Below are positions 18,882 to 28,301 of a stretch of 31,333 nucleotides of DNA, one piece after another. This DNA comes from an uncultured bacterium (GTDB taxonomy: Bacteria; Krumholzibacteriota; Krumholzibacteriia; Krumholzibacteriales; Krumholzibacteriaceae): positions 1 to 31,333 of the forward strand of contig CBDUYR010000030.1 in NCBI GenBank assembly GCA_965371515.1, given 5' to 3'. A program made the translations under genes and the position numbers. The notes below the pieces were generated by a model, which worked only from the letters and a program-made list of their open reading frames with translations, was not told the DNA's origin and made no database searches. Each line of letters starts with the position of its first letter. Positions within the stretch are counted from its first letter, which is position 1.

Positions 18882-21161
18882 ATGCGCTCTAGAATTTCCC
18901 TCACTGTCATCCTGGTCCTGATTTTCACCCTGCCAGCGGATTTCGCGCAGGCAAGGGAGGATGACCGTCCTCTGAGTGACGGCAACCGGGACAATCTCGG
19001 AATATTCGTGTTTGACGGCTCGGGGGTCCACGATATCGGGGAGCTTCTTCTTCATACGGGGAACTGGGGGATCTTCGGGTCTTACCCGAGTTCGATGTTG
19101 CCCGTTTCAGAGTTCCCTTCGGCTGAATGGCCCGCCGGAAGCGGCGTGGAACACCTCTATATATCGGGACTCTGGATCGGCGCGACAAAGGGTACTACGA
19201 TCGTCGATCAGGTGCCGTATGTCTCGACGGCGGCATACCAGATGGAGTTCATGCCGACAGACGACGCGATCGACATCATCTACAACTCGTTCGAGGGAGC
19301 CCCGGGGGGGATAAGGCTTCCGTCACCCGGCGCCGATGACGATGGCGACGGCATGATCGATGAGGACTGGCTCGACGGCCACGACAACGATGGGGACGGG
19401 CTGATCGACGAGGACTTCGCCGCCATATCGCCGCAGATGTTCAGCTCGTGGTACACAGATAACATGCCGAACATCACCACGATCTATCCCGAACATGAAC
19501 CGCTCGACATAATGGTGAGGCAGGAGACCTACCAGTGGGATGACGAGCGTTTCGACGATTTTGTCGGTGTCACCTTCACAGTCACCAATATCGGATCGGA
19601 TCTCCTTGATCATTTCCATTTCGGATTCTTTATGGATGGCGATATCGGCCGGCGCGGTGCTGGGCAGTACTGGGATGACGATGCGGCCGGTTCGTGGCAG
19701 GGGTACCGGTGTACGGAACTCGGCCCTGTGCATATCAGTATGGGATATATGTACGACGCCGACGGAGACGGTGGAAGTACGACGAGCTACATTGGAGCCA
19801 TGATTCTCGGCCATCTAATCGATTCGGAGAATACGCATCTTCCAGACAGGGTGGGCATGACTTCGTTCAGGATTTTTACCGGGGACCAGCAGCCGTACGA
19901 GAACGGCGGCGATCCGACGAATGATTTTGAGCGTTTCGACGCGATGTCTCGGGCCAGCATAGACAGGAACAGGGATACCCCGGGCGACTATCGGATTCTG
20001 ATCAGCACGGGGCAGTTCAGCCTGTTCCCCGGGCAGACGCTTGTCTTTCATGTGGGACTCGTCGCTGGAGACGGTCTCGAGGGACTCCTCGACAATGCGG
20101 CGATGTGCCAGCGCCTCTTTGATGGCATGTGGTTCGATTACGACGGCAATCCCACGACCGGTATCAACCGACGGGAGACGCCTCTGCACGGACCCGTCTA
20201 CAGTATCGATCCCGATCTATGCGACGATGATGACAGGCTCCTCGCGGCGGCCAGGGGGGAGATCCTCTGGATAAACGCGGATTGTGTACTCGAAGAGGAA
20301 TATAAGGAATTCTGTTCATACGACGAGGTGGATAGCCTTCTATTTCGAACTGGTGTCGCGGGGCGTGAGACGCATGTGAACTGGATCAGCGAATGGTCCC
20401 CCGTATCAGCGGGAACTCTCGACATCAAACCCGGTACATGTAAGAACCCGTTCAACATCAAGAACTTCGAATTTCTCATGAGCGGGAACCCGAACGCGGG
20501 CGGCAAGATGCCCGTGGCGATCCTCGGCGGTGAAGGATTCGATGTGACGGATATCGACATCTCTACGATACGGCTCAACGGGGTGGCGCCTCTTTCAAAG
20601 GGGCAGTCGTTCTGCGACGTGGCCGGTCCGGGAGAAGATGACGGGCCCTGCCACTGTGCCACGGAAGGACCGGACGGGTATACGGACCTGTTGCTGAAGT
20701 TCAGTAACCAGGAGATCGCCGGTACGAGGCTGATCCTCTCGATTCCTCAACCGGGCGAAGTCTGGACCCTGACGATGACAGGTGAATTTGATGACGGGAC
20801 GGAGTTCCAGTTCTCCGACTGTGTGACTCTTGTCGGCGAGCCTCCGAACTTCGACAAGCCGGACAGGCCGTCTCTGCTCACAGGCGAGACGAGGCTGATG
20901 AGCGCCTCGCCCAACCCGTTCAATCCCGCGACGACGATCGCGTTCGAGCTCGCATCGCCGGGGCAGGTCTCGATCACCGTCTACGATGTGAGCGGCCGGA
21001 TGATCAGGAGCCTTGTCAACAGTCACCTGTCTTCGGGAATGCACGAGGTGACATGGAACGGCCGCGACCGAAGCGGCGCCACTGCGGCGAGCGGGGTCTA
21101 TTTCTACAGGCTAGTGGCCGGTGAGATCCTGCAGACCCGTAAGATGGTGTTGTTACGCTAA
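18882..21161 (+). CDS. Secreted protein with DxDxDG calcium-binding-type repeats and C-terminal FlgD-Ig/T9SS-like domain
   Basis: Signal peptide from ATG 18882; SAEWPAGSG…LWIGA; DDDGDGMIDED/DNDGDGLIDED; LDIKPG…PVAILG…DLLLKF domain; PNPFNP…SGVYFYRL…KMVLLR. Confidence 0.8.
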   Translation: MRSRISLTVILVLIFTLPADFAQAREDDRPLSDGNRDNLGIFVFDGSGVHDIGELLLHTGNWGIFGSYPSSMLPVSEFPSAEWPAGSGVEHLYISGLWIGATKGTTIVDQVPYVSTAAYQMEFMPTDDAIDIIYNSFEGAPGGIRLPSPGADDDGDGMIDEDWLDGHDNDGDGLIDEDFAAISPQMFSSWYTDNMPNITTIYPEHEPLDIMVRQETYQWDDERFDDFVGVTFTVTNIGSDLLDHFHFGFFMDGDIGRRGAGQYWDDDAAGSWQGYRCTELGPVHISMGYMYDADGDGGSTTSYIGAMILGHLIDSENTHLPDRVGMTSFRIFTGDQQPYENGGDPTNDFERFDAMSRASIDRNRDTPGDYRILISTGQFSLFPGQTLVFHVGLVAGDGLEGLLDNAAMCQRLFDGMWFDYDGNPTTGINRRETPLHGPVYSIDPDLCDDDDRLLAAARGEILWINADCVLEEEYKEFCSYDEVDSLLFRTGVAGRETHVNWISEWSPVSAGTLDIKPGTCKNPFNIKNFEFLMSGNPNAGGKMPVAILGGEGFDVTDIDISTIRLNGVAPLSKGQSFCDVAGPGEDDGPCHCATEGPDGYTDLLLKFSNQEIAGTRLILSIPQPGEVWTLTMTGEFDDGTEFQFSDCVTLVGEPPNFDKPDRPSLLTGETRLMSASPNPFNPATTIAFELASPGQVSITVYDVSGRMIRSLVNSHLSSGMHEVTWNGRDRSGATAASGVYFYRLVAGEILQTRKMVLLR

Positions 21162-21176
21162 ATGACGAAGTCTGGG

Positions 21177-21220
21177 TTGACAATTATGACCTCCTGTATT
21201 ACAATGTAATACAGGAGGTC
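21177..21220 (+). promoter_or_regulatory. Promoter and 33-bp palindromic operator of TA module 3
   Basis: TTGACA(21177)-17 bp-TACAAT(21200); perfect inverted repeat GACCTCCTGTATTACA-A-TGTAATACAGGAGGTC at 21188-21220. Confidence 0.85.
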
Positions 21221-21225
21221 TTGTC

Positions 21226-21444
21226 ATGAAAAAACCGATCACAGTGCGTCTGCCGGACGATCTTCGAGAAGAACTTCAGGATATGGCCAGTCTTGAGAAT
21301 ATCCCGGTGAGCGACATCGTCCGTGAGTCTATCCGTAAATACATTCGGATCCATCGGTTCAGGAGGCTCAGGAACAGGGTCCTGCCGTTTGCCGAGGCAC
21401 AGGGGCTACTGACCGATGACGATATATTCAGGGAACTGGGATGA
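21226..21444 (+). CDS. RHH/CopG antitoxin
   Basis: PITVRLPDDLREEL…VSDIVRESIRKY; ATGA overlap with the toxin gene. Confidence 0.85.
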   Translation: MKKPITVRLPDDLREELQDMASLENIPVSDIVRESIRKYIRIHRFRRLRNRVLPFAEAQGLLTDDDIFRELG

Positions 21445-21842
21445 GGATCGTCCTCGATTCAAATGTGATCATTGCCGCGTTCGCTACTCGCGGACTCTGC
21501 CACGCTCTACTCGAATACAGCCTCGAAAATCAGGACGTGATCACCTGTGAAGAGATACTCGGCGAGGTGAAGGCGGCGCTGCTCGGCAAGGTAAACGTCC
21601 CTGAGGAAGTGGCCAGCCAGGTGGAAAGCTATCTGCGAAGCAGTGCGGAGCTGGTCAGGCCAGCCGAAATAAACGTTCCTGATCTGAAAGATCTCTCTGA
21701 TCTTCCGATCCTCGGAGCGGCAGTATCATCGGGGGCGGCTTATCTGATCACTGGTGATGGAGAACTGCTGGAGCTCAATAAAGTGAGTGATACCAGGATC
21801 ATTTCTCCCCGGGAATTCTGGGAGAAGATGAGGAGCGGATGA
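21441..21842 (+). CDS. PIN-domain (VapC-like, PIN_3) toxin
   Basis: RIVLDSNVIIAA, EILGEV, DLSDLPILGAA, YLITGDGELL and IISPREF motifs. Confidence 0.9.
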   Translation: MRIVLDSNVIIAAFATRGLCHALLEYSLENQDVITCEEILGEVKAALLGKVNVPEEVASQVESYLRSSAELVRPAEINVPDLKDLSDLPILGAAVSSGAAYLITGDGELLELNKVSDTRIISPREFWEKMRSG

Positions 21843-24800
21843 CGCTCGAGGAACGCCGCAGCTTTTCCAGCCGGCGCCGGGCGTTCTCGACCTCTGCGAT
21901 GCCGTCGTCGGCGTGTTTCATGATATCGAGGTACCGCTCATAGCTCTCCATGGAGAGATCGTAACGGCCCTCTTTCTCGTACAGTACAGCCACACGGTAA
22001 AGATATGCAGGTATGAGCATGCGGCGGTCGGCACTGGCCGGGTCGAGGGTCAGCATGTGCTCGTATTCCCTGATAGCGCTTACGTTGTCACCAAGCCTGA
22101 CATATGCCCTGGCGACCACGTCCTGATGAACGGGCAGATTATAAAAACCGACATCGCTGTATATCAGTGTGGGGGTATACATCGTGTCTTTCGCTGCCAT
22201 GAAAGCGATAGCGTCGGCCGGCCTGTCTTCGGCAAGGAGTACCTCCGCCCTGAGGAGGACCGGCATCCGGCGGACAAGCCTCACATAGTTTCTGTTTTTC
22301 TCGAATGATTGGCTGGAGAGCAGGGCATCCATATCTGCAACAGCGGTCCTTGCGTCATCCGTTCTGCCCTGCGCGATGGCGTTCAATCCCCTGTAGGTGA
22401 TTATTGTGATTTTCATGGGAAATGGAATCTCCATTCCCGATTCTTCGAAGGCTTTCAAGTAATTATCCGTCACCTCTATGGATTCGTCGATTCTCCCATC
22501 TTCATGGAGACGACAGAACCTGAATCTCTTTATAAAAGTCTGTCTCAAGGGATGTGTCGATTTCTGCAGGATTTCGTGTGCCAGTTCTTCCTGCTTTTCG
22601 GCATCCTTGAATCTTCCCTGCAGGCGCATGTATCCGGAGCTCAACACCATGCATATTGACTTCATCCCGGGCGACCAGGCTGACTCGGTAGCAGTATCGA
22701 TCCAGTAGAAGGCGCTGTCGAGTTCTCCCTCCATCGCGTACAGATATGAGAGGCACATCATCGAAGTGAAGAAACCGGGACTTATCTCGAAGGCCTTATT
22801 GTAACTCGCCTTTGAATCATCTATCCTTCCCATCCTGTACAGGCAGTCACCCATCGAATCCCATGGATTGGGGTCGCCCGGGGCTACGGTTGCGTATCGC
22901 TGGAAATATTCGAGGGCCTTGTCATACTCATTGATCTCCAGGTGAGAATATCCCATCCCGTTCAGGGCAGCTGCGTAAACAGGATCGAGCTCCAGGGCCT
23001 TGTGCCCATACTCGATCGATTCCCTGTACTTACCCTGGCTTCTTTTCCAGTTGAGAAGGGTCAGATATGATTCCTTTTCCCTTGGAAATCTCCTGATCCG
23101 CTCTTCCATGATCCCGATCGCCTTTTCCGTATCGTCTTCTATCCGTCCCGCGTACGCAGCCGCAATGCGCAGGCGGTCCTTATCCGACGCGCGGCCGGCG
23201 AAATGCATGGCCCTGGCTATCAGGCTGTCGGCTGTTATCTCCTCCAAGAGGCTGTATTTGATTAATCCGAGTCTCATGTAAGCGGATGCGAATGTCGAGT
23301 CGAGCTCGATGGCTCTCTCTAAGTGAATCTCGGCGTCACGCAAGTACCACCTGTCGTGGTATTCGATTCCGGAGAGATAGTAGTTGTACGCCTCCAGGGA
23401 ACTGGTCGTTACATCGGTAATCGGCTCGCTCTTTTCGGGGATCCTGAGGCGTGAAACATCCTTTGTGATGTTGCTGCTCAGCTTATCGATCTGGTCCTTG
23501 AGAATGCTTTCGACGCCATCGCCCTCGGTATTTGCCGTATGAAGGAGTTTCTTCGTTCTGACATCCATCACCTTCGCCTCTATGGCGAAAGAGTTGCCAG
23601 CCTTGATATAGCTTCCGACGACTACGACATCGATTCCGTCGAGTGCGCACAGCTCGAATCCGAGCTCTTTGTCGATCGCTTCGGTCCTTTCACGTCCAGT
23701 CTGCTGCAGGAGGTCCCGCATCCGCTCCCATGTCATCACCGAAAGCCGCCGCGACTGCTCGAGGCTCGTTATCAGAAGGTTGGGGATCGCGGCGGAGAGA
23801 TAGTCGAGCGACTGGTCGCCGGTGCGGTTCTCGAATGCGATTACCGCGATCGGTCTCTGGCCGGCAACCAGATCGGAACCGAAGAAGAGGGGTTTCAGCA
23901 CGAATATGATTATTGCCAGGGTGGCGACTATGCCGACAGCTATACCGGTGGTACGCAGAGGGTGGGGTTTTTCCCCGGCTTCCGGGGTGACGGCCGGCTG
24001 ATTCATCCGCGAGACGGAACTGTCCGGCTTTTCCCCCTCGAGGCTCTTTCTCCTCAGAGCCCTCAGGTCGGAGATCATGCCGTCGGCGTGCTGGTACCTC
24101 TCATCGGGATCCTTGCTCAACGCCTTCAGGGCGATCCGCTCGAGCTCCATCGGCACGCCGGTACGGACCGAGGTGGGAGGAGGAGGCTCATCGTTAAGGA
24201 TCGAGTAGATGGCTGCCTGTTCGTATTCGCCTGCGAAAGGGAGGCGGCCCGTAAGCATCTCGTACAGGACCGCGCCGGCGGACCAGATGTCGCTTCGCCT
24301 GTCGACGTCTTTTCCCTGGGCCTGTTCGGGAGACATGTAGGCGACGGTGCCTGGGGCGGCGCCTTCCCGGGTCAGGCGCGTGCGATCGGCGAGTTTCGCA
24401 AGCCCGAAATCCATGATCTTCGCCGTGCCGTTGCGCTTGATCATGATGTTGGCCGACTTGATGTCGCGGTGGACGATCTCCTGCTGGTGTGCCTGGTCGA
24501 GCCCTTTCATGATCTGGATGGCCAGTTCGATTGCATCTTCGACAGGGAGGGGGCCCGCCGCTATCCTGTCGGAGAGATTCTCGCCATCGATATACTCCAT
24601 CGCGATAAATGGACCCTCGTCTGAATCCTCTATCTCGTAGATCGTCGATATATTGGCGTGATTGAGAGAAGCTGCGGCCTGGGCCTCGTTGATGAAGCGC
24701 TTATGCTCATCTTCAGGAAGCGCCGCGTGGCGGGACAGGAACTTCAGTGCGACCTTGCGGTTCAGCTTCGTGTCCTCGGCGAGGTACACGACGCCCATCC

Positions 24801-24855
24801 CGCCCTCACCGAGTTTTTCGAGGATCGTGTAATGAGATATCTTCTTGCCTATCAT
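21799..24855 (-). CDS. Hanks-type Ser/Thr protein kinase with TM helix, TolB-N/FlgO-like domain and TPR repeats
   Basis: LGEGGMGVVY, VALK, HRDIKSAN, DFG, GTVAYMSPEQ and DIWS motifs; TM helix near residues 305-325; IAVIAFEN; multiple TPRs. Confidence 0.92.
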   Translation of the reverse strand: MIGKKISHYTILEKLGEGGMGVVYLAEDTKLNRKVALKFLSRHAALPEDEHKRFINEAQAAASLNHANISTIYEIEDSDEGPFIAMEYIDGENLSDRIAAGPLPVEDAIELAIQIMKGLDQAHQQEIVHRDIKSANIMIKRNGTAKIMDFGLAKLADRTRLTREGAAPGTVAYMSPEQAQGKDVDRRSDIWSAGAVLYEMLTGRLPFAGEYEQAAIYSILNDEPPPPTSVRTGVPMELERIALKALSKDPDERYQHADGMISDLRALRRKSLEGEKPDSSVSRMNQPAVTPEAGEKPHPLRTTGIAVGIVATLAIIIFVLKPLFFGSDLVAGQRPIAVIAFENRTGDQSLDYLSAAIPNLLITSLEQSRRLSVMTWERMRDLLQQTGRERTEAIDKELGFELCALDGIDVVVVGSYIKAGNSFAIEAKVMDVRTKKLLHTANTEGDGVESILKDQIDKLSSNITKDVSRLRIPEKSEPITDVTTSSLEAYNYYLSGIEYHDRWYLRDAEIHLERAIELDSTFASAYMRLGLIKYSLLEEITADSLIARAMHFAGRASDKDRLRIAAAYAGRIEDDTEKAIGIMEERIRRFPREKESYLTLLNWKRSQGKYRESIEYGHKALELDPVYAAALNGMGYSHLEINEYDKALEYFQRYATVAPGDPNPWDSMGDCLYRMGRIDDSKASYNKAFEISPGFFTSMMCLSYLYAMEGELDSAFYWIDTATESAWSPGMKSICMVLSSGYMRLQGRFKDAEKQEELAHEILQKSTHPLRQTFIKRFRFCRLHEDGRIDESIEVTDNYLKAFEESGMEIPFPMKITIITYRGLNAIAQGRTDDARTAVADMDALLSSQSFEKNRNYVRLVRRMPVLLRAEVLLAEDRPADAIAFMAAKDTMYTPTLIYSDVGFYNLPVHQDVVARAYVRLGDNVSAIREYEHMLTLDPASADRRMLIPAYLYRVAVLYEKEGRYDLSMESYERYLDIMKHADDGIAEVENARRRLEKLRRSSSVIRSSSSPRIPGEK

Positions 24856-24900
24856 CGTCGTCCGGCCTTTCGGCCTATGGGAATTTAATCTAGCCGCTGT

Positions 24901-25245
24901 TTATTCATCTATCAGCAAAGGCCTTATCTTTGCAAATACTTCTTTCAGCAGGCCATGGGGGAGGCGTCCCAGTTTCTTTGCTTTCCTGACCCGCCAGTCG
25001 AGGCTCTTGACCTGGTCGGCAAGTACCGCGCCTTCGATCTCCATCTTTTCCGGGAGTATCACTTCGAAGGGATAACCTTTTATCTTCGAGGTGACAGGGC
25101 AAAAGACCGCGAGGCCGACCTTTGCATTATATGCTTTCGGTGACAGGACGAGTGCCGGACGTTTCCCTGACTGTTCGTGGCCCGCCTGAGGATTGAACTG
25201 GAGCCACACAAGATCGCCTCGTTCGGGTACGTAACCCCGGCTCAT
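24901..25245 (-). CDS. mazF: MazF (ChpA/ChpB-type) toxin
   Basis: YVPERGDLVWLQFNPQAGHEQSGKRPALVLSP…KGYPFEV…DQVKSLDWRVR. The start may be the GTG at 25248. Confidence 0.93.
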   Translation of the reverse strand: MSRGYVPERGDLVWLQFNPQAGHEQSGKRPALVLSPKAYNAKVGLAVFCPVTSKIKGYPFEVILPEKMEIEGAVLADQVKSLDWRVRKAKKLGRLPHGLLKEVFAKIRPLLIDE

Positions 25246-25487
25246 CACCAGACCTCCCCACCCTCGGCTTCACCGGTAGATATCTCTTCGTGGATATTTT
25301 CTTCGCATACACGGGAAAGCATTTCGGAGAGTCTGTAGCTGACGGGACGGACAGGACGGATTATAAGCCGGTCCCCGTCGAGAGAAAGGTCCACGGAGGA
25401 GCCTTCCTCCACACCGGCTTCCTTAGCGAAAGATTTCGGGATTCTCAACCCGAGGCTGTTTCCCCACTTGAGTATCTTGATGACCAC
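25245..25487 (-). CDS. mazE: MazE (AbrB-fold) antitoxin
   Basis: KWGNSLGLRIP…NIHEEI…GGEVW; GTG at 25487 follows GGAGG. Confidence 0.92.
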   Translation of the reverse strand: MVIKILKWGNSLGLRIPKSFAKEAGVEEGSSVDLSLDGDRLIIRPVRPVSYRLSEMLSRVCEENIHEEISTGEAEGGEVW

Positions 25488-25506
25488 TCGGCACCTCCCT
25501 GAAATA

Positions 25507-25548
25507 TGTATATACAATGAGTATACCTGTGGAAGGATTTTCTGTCAA
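25507..25548 (-). promoter_or_regulatory. mazEF promoter and operator
   Basis: Minus strand TTGACA(25548)-17 bp-TATACT(25525); palindrome TGTATATACA at 25507-25516. Confidence 0.75.
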
Positions 25549-25566
25549 GTAAGGGCCGGTTCCAGG

Positions 25567-25780
25567 TCACCTGAGCAGCGCCATCTTCTTTGTTATTACT
25601 GTTTCCGCCGCGTCGAGACGGTAGAAGTAGATACCGGATGCGACAGACAGGCCTCTCGAGTCAGTTCCGTTCCATATGATATCGTGTACCCCGTCCGGTC
25701 TCTGTTCATCGACCAGCATTCGCACAAATCTTCCGGCGACGTCGTAGATTGTCAGTCTGACATGGCAGCCTGCCGGTCCT
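25567..25780 (-). pseudogene. Isolated partial FlgD-Ig/T9SS-like C-terminal domain (gene remnant)
   Basis: HVRLTIYDVAGRFVRMLVD…WNGTDSRG…SGIYFYRL…KKMALLR*. It lacks the NPFNP start of the domain, a signal peptide and an obvious RBS. The upstream boundary is approximate. Confidence 0.7.
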
Positions 25781-25962
25781 GTCTGCTGTTGTTCTGTATC
25801 TACGGAAGCGAACAAAAACGAAGAAGCCGTGGCGAGGCCCACAGGCCCTGGCCGCTTTCAATGTTATGCTGTAACTAAATTCTGCCCTCAGTTAATATTA
25901 TATCACTGAATGGACGAAAGTGTAGGAGGCCCAGTAAATATCCATTACGAAGGGAATCGGCG

Positions 25963-27594
25963 ATGAAAAGAACAGGAATGTTGATTCTGTTGATATTGCT
26001 CACTTTATCGATCTCGTGCTCAGAGCGGCAGTTCGGGGTGCCCGACGATACTCCCCGCGAGGTGTCCCGTCTCGAGATGCAGTCCGTCGTAGAGTATCTC
26101 GCGAGCGACCTCCTCGAGGGACGCGCGCCGGGGACGAGGGGAGGGGAGCTTGCCGAGGAATATATCCGCAGCCTCTTGAAGTCTTATGATATCGGGCCGT
26201 ACCAGAGTGAGTATTTCCAGGAGTTCGCCCTGTCAGGGTTCACTACGACAGACCTGACGGTAGAGGCGAACGGGGTGACGCTTCAGTTCCGCGAGGATGC
26301 GGTCGGCAGCTTCACGCGTACCGATCCTGAATTCAGTCTCAGCGGGCCGGCCGTCTTCGTCGGCTTCGGCATCAAATCCGACACATGGTCGTGGGATGAC
26401 TACAAGGACGTCGATGTGGCCGGGAAGGTCGTGATCTGCCGGGTGAACGAACCGGGACATAACGATCCGGAACTCTTCGAGGGGAACGCCCTGACATATT
26501 ACGGCCGCTGGACATATAAAATTGAAGAGGCCGCGCGCAGGGGCGCAAAGGCGATCCTGCTCGTGCATACCGCTCAGTCGGCTGGATACGGATGGCACGT
26601 TGTTCGGAATTCCTGGGGTGGAGAAGAACTCTACCTAGAATCGGAGATTGATAACGATCTCGTTTTTCGCGGCTGGATCCGCGAGGAAAAACTGTACGAC
26701 ATGCTTATACCGACCGGGATCTCGCTCGGCGACCTGCTCACCGCCTCGGAGAGCCGTGATTTCACACCGGTGGATCTACGGTTCGACGTGTCGATATCGG
26801 GCAGGAGCGAGTCGAGGAGCATCGATACGAGGAATGTCGTCGGGTACATCCCGGGCAGCGATCCCACACTGAGCGATAAAGCGATCCTGCTCAGCGCGCA
26901 TATCGATCACCTCGGGATGAGCGACACGGGGCCTGACGGGGACAGGATATACAACGGCGCGATCGACAACGGCTCGGCCGTCACCGCGATGATGCTGACG
27001 GCGAAGCTGCTCAGGGAGCGCCAGGACCAGTTGAAATACTCGGTCATCATCCTCGCATGCCAGGCGGAGGAGTCGGGCCTGCTCGGCTCGCTCTATTTCG
27101 CGAACACTCTCGATCCCGCTTCAATAGTCTGCAACATCAACTACGAGTCCTCGCCGGTATGGGGACGTGCGACCAGTCTGATGGGGGTAGGATCGAAGTT
27201 CTCGACGATGGAGGAGCTGCTCATCGGCGTGGCGGACAGGATGGGTCTCGGCTACTCGGAGTTCGAGATGTCCGACCGCGGATTCTTCTATCGTTCCGAT
27301 CAGTTCAGCTTCGCCCGCAAGGGGATCCCCTCGATATGGATCTCTGCCGGGCAGGATTTCGAGAGCGGGACGAACCACCTCTACGAGTTCTTCGTCGGCG
27401 ATTACCACACGGTCGACGACGAGTACGACCCGGAGTGGGAGTTGGCGAGCCTTCGCCAGACGATAGAGGCTGCGGTGCTTCTTTCGAACCGCATCAACCT
27501 CGAGATGCCGGATATAAGGTGGAAGGGTAAACTGACATTCCCGTTAGACGCGGATGCAAGGGCTATAGAGATGGTTCCTGCCGAAGGAGAGTGA
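25963..27594 (+). CDS. M28 family metallopeptidase with PA domain, lipoprotein
   Basis: Lipobox ISC; LASDLLEGRAPG, SAHIDHLG, NGAIDNGS, AEESGLLGS, RSDQFSF and YHTVDD motifs. Confidence 0.92.
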   Translation: MKRTGMLILLILLTLSISCSERQFGVPDDTPREVSRLEMQSVVEYLASDLLEGRAPGTRGGELAEEYIRSLLKSYDIGPYQSEYFQEFALSGFTTTDLTVEANGVTLQFREDAVGSFTRTDPEFSLSGPAVFVGFGIKSDTWSWDDYKDVDVAGKVVICRVNEPGHNDPELFEGNALTYYGRWTYKIEEAARRGAKAILLVHTAQSAGYGWHVVRNSWGGEELYLESEIDNDLVFRGWIREEKLYDMLIPTGISLGDLLTASESRDFTPVDLRFDVSISGRSESRSIDTRNVVGYIPGSDPTLSDKAILLSAHIDHLGMSDTGPDGDRIYNGAIDNGSAVTAMMLTAKLLRERQDQLKYSVIILACQAEESGLLGSLYFANTLDPASIVCNINYESSPVWGRATSLMGVGSKFSTMEELLIGVADRMGLGYSEFEMSDRGFFYRSDQFSFARKGIPSIWISAGQDFESGTNHLYEFFVGDYHTVDDEYDPEWELASLRQTIEAAVLLSNRINLEMPDIRWKGKLTFPLDADARAIEMVPAEGE

Positions 27595-27595
27595 T

Positions 27596-28294
27596 ATGCC
27601 GCTCAAGACGATAGGGATGATCGGAGGGATGAGCTGGACCTCCTCGGTCGAGTATTACCGGATCATCAACAGGACGGTGCAGGAGAAGCTGGGCGGGAGC
27701 AGCTCGGCGAGGCTCGTCATGTTCAGCGTCGACTTCGCCGAACACCTAGCCATTCACGAGCGAGGTGGCTGGGACGCCGTCGCCGACGAGGTAATCGACA
27801 TCGCGAGGCGCCTGCAGGACGCCGGGGCGGATTTTCTCATCATGGCGGTAAATACCGTGCATATGGTCGCCGACAGGGTCGAGGCAGCGGTAGACCTTCC
27901 GCTTCTGCACATCGCGGACGCGGCGGCCGAAGCGATCAAATCCAAAGGCCTGCGTAAAGTCGGGCTGCTCGGGACAAAGTACACGATGTGCGAGGACTTC
28001 TACCGCGTGAGGCTGAAGGAAAAGCATGGGATCGACGTCGTTATCCCCGGCGAGGAGGACATCGAGAGGATAAATACGATTATCTTCGAGGAGCTTGTCC
28101 GCGAGAAGTTCCTCGATGGATCGAGAGATCTCTGCCTTGGTATGATCGACAAGCTTGTTGCAGAGGGCGCCGAGGGAATAGTCCTCGGATGCACCGAGCT
28201 GCCGCTGCTGATAGAGGCCGACCAGGTCCCCGTGCCCTCATTCGACACGATGACGATCCACGCGGTCGCTGCGGCCGAAAGGGCGATGGATTGA
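27596..28294 (+). CDS. Aspartate/glutamate racemase family protein (YgeA/RacX-like)
   Basis: IGMIGGMSWTSS, NTVH, GLLGT and LGCTELP motifs. Confidence 0.92.
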   Translation: MPLKTIGMIGGMSWTSSVEYYRIINRTVQEKLGGSSSARLVMFSVDFAEHLAIHERGGWDAVADEVIDIARRLQDAGADFLIMAVNTVHMVADRVEAAVDLPLLHIADAAAEAIKSKGLRKVGLLGTKYTMCEDFYRVRLKEKHGIDVVIPGEEDIERINTIIFEELVREKFLDGSRDLCLGMIDKLVAEGAEGIVLGCTELPLLIEADQVPVPSFDTMTIHAVAAAERAMD

Positions 28295-28301
28295 CCGGCG
28301 G

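Noticed and set aside
25567..25842. Intact 91-aa standalone protein
   Set aside because: There is no clear RBS, the N-terminus is not a signal peptide and the domain lacks its NPFNP start; it is treated as a remnant.
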